This document shows positions 62,009 through 64,000 of a stretch of 64,000 nucleotides of DNA, in pieces. The DNA lies in NCBI GenBank assembly GCA_037130755.1, contig JBAXSI010000002.1:111661-175660 (forward strand), written 5' to 3'. The position numbers and the translations under genes are program-made. Every line of letters starts with the position of its first letter. Within the stretch, counting starts at the first letter, position 1. This stretch comes from Actinomycetes bacterium. Its GTDB lineage: Bacteria > Actinomycetota > Actinomycetes > S36-B12. Under the pieces are notes generated by a model that saw only the letters and a list, made by a program, of their open reading frames with translations, was not told the DNA's origin and ran no database searches.

Positions 62009-64000
62009 ATGGACAGCTTTGCGAATCGGAACAGGGATCCGCAGAACCGACTGCTTCCCGGCGCCTGGGTATGGACGAGCCGGGTGCTCATCGTCATCAT
62101 GCTCGTCTCGCTCGTGATGTTCGTCGCGAGCGTCTTCCTCCGCCCGGCAGACGAGGTCCTGCTGTGGGCCGATCTCGGGCTGTACAGCGTGCCGATGCTC
62201 GTCGCGGCGATCCTCGCGATGGTCCGGGGGCTCAGTGGCGACCAGGTCATGCGGCCTTGGATCGCGGTCTCCGTTGCGCTGTTCATCTATGTGATCGGCA
62301 ACGTGCTCTATTCGTTCACCGACGCGTTGTCGCTGCCCGACGTGGTCCCGCCGATTCCTGACATGTTCTGGCTGGCCTTCTACCCCGTCACCTTCCTGGG
62401 CGTCCTGTTGCTCACGAAACGAAGGCTCTCGGGCACCTCGAACTACGCCTGGCTGGACGCGCTCGTCGTCGGCACGGGATTCTTCGCCGTCGTGATGGCC
62501 CTCGCCAACGGAACAATCGCCGGGGACATGTCCGACGACCCCGAACTCGTTGTCCTCAACAGTTTGTATGTGGTCGGCGACCTCGTCTTGCTGTCCTTGG
62601 TGGCGATGGTCATCCAAGCGTTCAACGGCCGCCCGCCGCTGGCGTGGTGGCTCCTGCTCGGCGGCTTCGTGGTGTTCGCCTTTGCCGATGCGGCGTACCT
62701 GGTGCAGTCTGCTACGGGCAGCTACATCGAGGGGGCCTGGCTCGATGCCTTGTGGCCGGTGAGCGGAGTCCTCCTCGGCCTCAGCGCCTGGTTGGACAAG
62801 GGCGGCGTGGTCGAGCGGCCCACGAGCCGGCACCTGTCGTTCGTGGCGCCGAGCGTTGCGATCGTCGCGGCCGGACTGGTGCTCGTGGACCGCGTCGAGG
62901 GACCCATCAAGTGGGTGTCCGGCGGGGCCGCACTCCTGACCATTCTCCTTGCGGTCTTCCGTCTCAACCTCGACGTGCGGCAGAGCCTTGCCCTGTCCGA
63001 TCGGCTTCGCCGCTCCCAGGTCGATTCCCTCACCGGCCTGCTCAACCGGCACGGCATCCTTGATGCGGACTACGAGCCCGAGCACGGCTGCGCGATGATC
63101 CTGCTCGACCTCGACTCCTTCAAGGATGTCAATGACAGCTTGGGTCACCTGGTGGGCGACCGACTTCTGTGCACGGCGGCCGAACGGCTTTCCGAGAGCA
63201 CCCGGGGAATCGATGTGCTGGCACGGCTGGGTGGCGATGAGTTCTGCGTGCTGATCCTCGATTCCGATGCGGAGACGGCCACCCACATTGCTGAGTCGCT
63301 GATCCTGTCGCTGGAGAGGCCGCTTGTCCTCGACGGCGTTCCCCTGCTGGTCACCGCGTGCGCGGGAGTCTCGAGCTCCATTGATGACAATCCCGATCTG
63401 GCCCTGCTCCTGCAGGAGTCCGAGGTCGCGCTGTACGCCGCAAAGGCGGAGGGGCCGGGTCTTGTCCGCGCACACGACGGGGGAATCGGCGAGCGAAGTG
63501 CGGCGCGCCTTCGGCTGCGCGCAGAAGTACGCGCGGACCTTGCGACCGACGAGAAGCGATTCACGGTGTTCTACCAGCCCATCACGTCGCTCGGCGACCG
63601 TTCGATCCTGGCGGTGGAAGCGCTGGTGCGCTGGCAGCACGATGGACGGCTCCTGCCGCCGTCGGCCTTCCTGCCCGAGGTCGTCCGAGGCGGGCAGATG
63701 GCCGATCTCACAAGACTGATGCTTCAACGCAGCCTGCATGAGGTGAAGGGGCTGCCCATCGACGTCCCGGTCACGATCAACGTGCCGCCAGAGCTGATGA
63801 CCGACTGGATCCTCCGGGAGGTCGCCGCGGTTCTCGAGGCCGAGCATTGCGATGCCGATCGGCTGATCGTCGAGATCACCGAGGAAGCAATCATGAAGAA
63901 CCCCGAGGAGGTAGCACGCGTCCTGTCGGCGCTGCGCGCCCTCGGCGTGCGAACGCTGCTCGATGACTTCGGCACCGGCTGGTCGGGGCTGTCGAGCCTG
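62009..64000 (+). CDS. Integral-membrane sensor-GGDEF-EAL protein, 3' end cut by window edge (not in ORF track)
   Basis: Hand translation in the frame of the ATG at 62009 shows no stop to nt 64000 and about 8 TM helices. Motifs in order: DSLTGLLNRHG, RGID I-site, ARLGGDEFCVLI, VEALVRW, EITEEAI, DDFGTGWSGLSSL. An in-frame stop lies at 61943-61945. An alternative GTG start is at 61982. Confidence 0.85.
   Translation, partial: MDSFANRNRDPQNRLLPGAWVWTSRVLIVIMLVSLVMFVASVFLRPADEVLLWADLGLYSVPMLVAAILAMVRGLSGDQVMRPWIAVSVALFIYVIGNVLYSFTDALSLPDVVPPIPDMFWLAFYPVTFLGVLLLTKRRLSGTSNYAWLDALVVGTGFFAVVMALANGTIAGDMSDDPELVVLNSLYVVGDLVLLSLVAMVIQAFNGRPPLAWWLLLGGFVVFAFADAAYLVQSATGSYIEGAWLDALWPVSGVLLGLSAWLDKGGVVERPTSRHLSFVAPSVAIVAAGLVLVDRVEGPIKWVSGGAALLTILLAVFRLNLDVRQSLALSDRLRRSQVDSLTGLLNRHGILDADYEPEHGCAMILLDLDSFKDVNDSLGHLVGDRLLCTAAERLSESTRGIDVLARLGGDEFCVLILDSDAETATHIAESLILSLERPLVLDGVPLLVTACAGVSSSIDDNPDLALLLQESEVALYAAKAEGPGLVRAHDGGIGERSAARLRLRAEVRADLATDEKRFTVFYQPITSLGDRSILAVEALVRWQHDGRLLPPSAFLPEVVRGGQMADLTRLMLQRSLHEVKGLPIDVPVTINVPPELMTDWILREVAAVLEAEHCDADRLIVEITEEAIMKNPEEVARVLSALRALGVRTLLDDFGTGWSGLSSL

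Noticed and set aside
61952-63847. 631-aa minus-strand ORF at the window end
   Set aside because: The plus strand in the frame of 62009 encodes a coherent TM-GGDEF-EAL protein with no stop. The minus ORF has no motif and shadow composition.
1-64000. CRISPR arrays, rRNA genes, IS elements or transposases, prophage genes
   Set aside because: Reading both strands showed no regularly spaced repeat-spacer structure and no transposase, integrase or rRNA-like sequence. The only selfish-element-like gene is the DUF222-HNH at 47291-48553.

Overview
High-GC, densely coding chromosomal segment that looks actinobacterial: coproporphyrin-type heme genes with hemQ/chdC, DUF222-HNH, DUF4333, WS/DGAT, and GTG/TTG starts with ATGA/GTGA stop-start overlaps. 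All calls come from reading the supplied translations and the DNA by eye; no database search was run. Three themes stand out. (1) c-di-GMP signalling is unusually concentrated. Eight GGDEF and/or EAL proteins are present, six of them in the first 22.6 kb. They include two paralogous 1100-1200 aa PAS-array GGDEF-EAL proteins and a translationally coupled operon of PAS histidine kinase, single-domain REC, and REC-PAS-GAF-GADEF-EAL. They flank tRNA-His and oligoribonuclease (orn). One PAS cassette recurs nearly identically at the nucleotide level in three places. (2) All nine genes I recognise as the coproporphyrin-dependent heme pathway sit at 44.4-56.9 kb (hemY, hemH, hemQ, hemE, hemA, hemC, hemD, hemB, hemL). 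An AhbD/NirJ-like radical SAM/SPASM gene is start-stop coupled to hemY, and a DUF222-HNH gene is inserted in the cluster. (3) An accessory envelope/redox block lies at 25.7-32.5 kb. It holds an untracked 57-aa membrane peptide, a two-domain methyltransferase and an LtaS-like membrane transferase. These are followed by an orphan split cytochrome b6-like module (small TM protein, four-His dihaem cytochrome b, a membrane partner with a WYxxPxF motif) and a secreted Cys-rich repeat protein with an HEIGH motif. This block is my best candidate for an undescribed system. The rest is metabolic and transport genes: two APC permeases, an S1P-lyase-like PLP decarboxylase, FGGY kinase, WS/DGAT, TesB, PQQ sugar dehydrogenase, SDR, hexose-6-P mutarotase and a LacI regulator. 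There is also a HerA/FtsK-like 817-aa ATPase. The last gene (membrane-GGDEF-EAL, 62009 to window end) is missing from the ORF track because it has no stop in the window. Many long opposite-strand ORFs are GC-rich shadows and were rejected. No CRISPR array, rRNA, transposase or integrase was seen.
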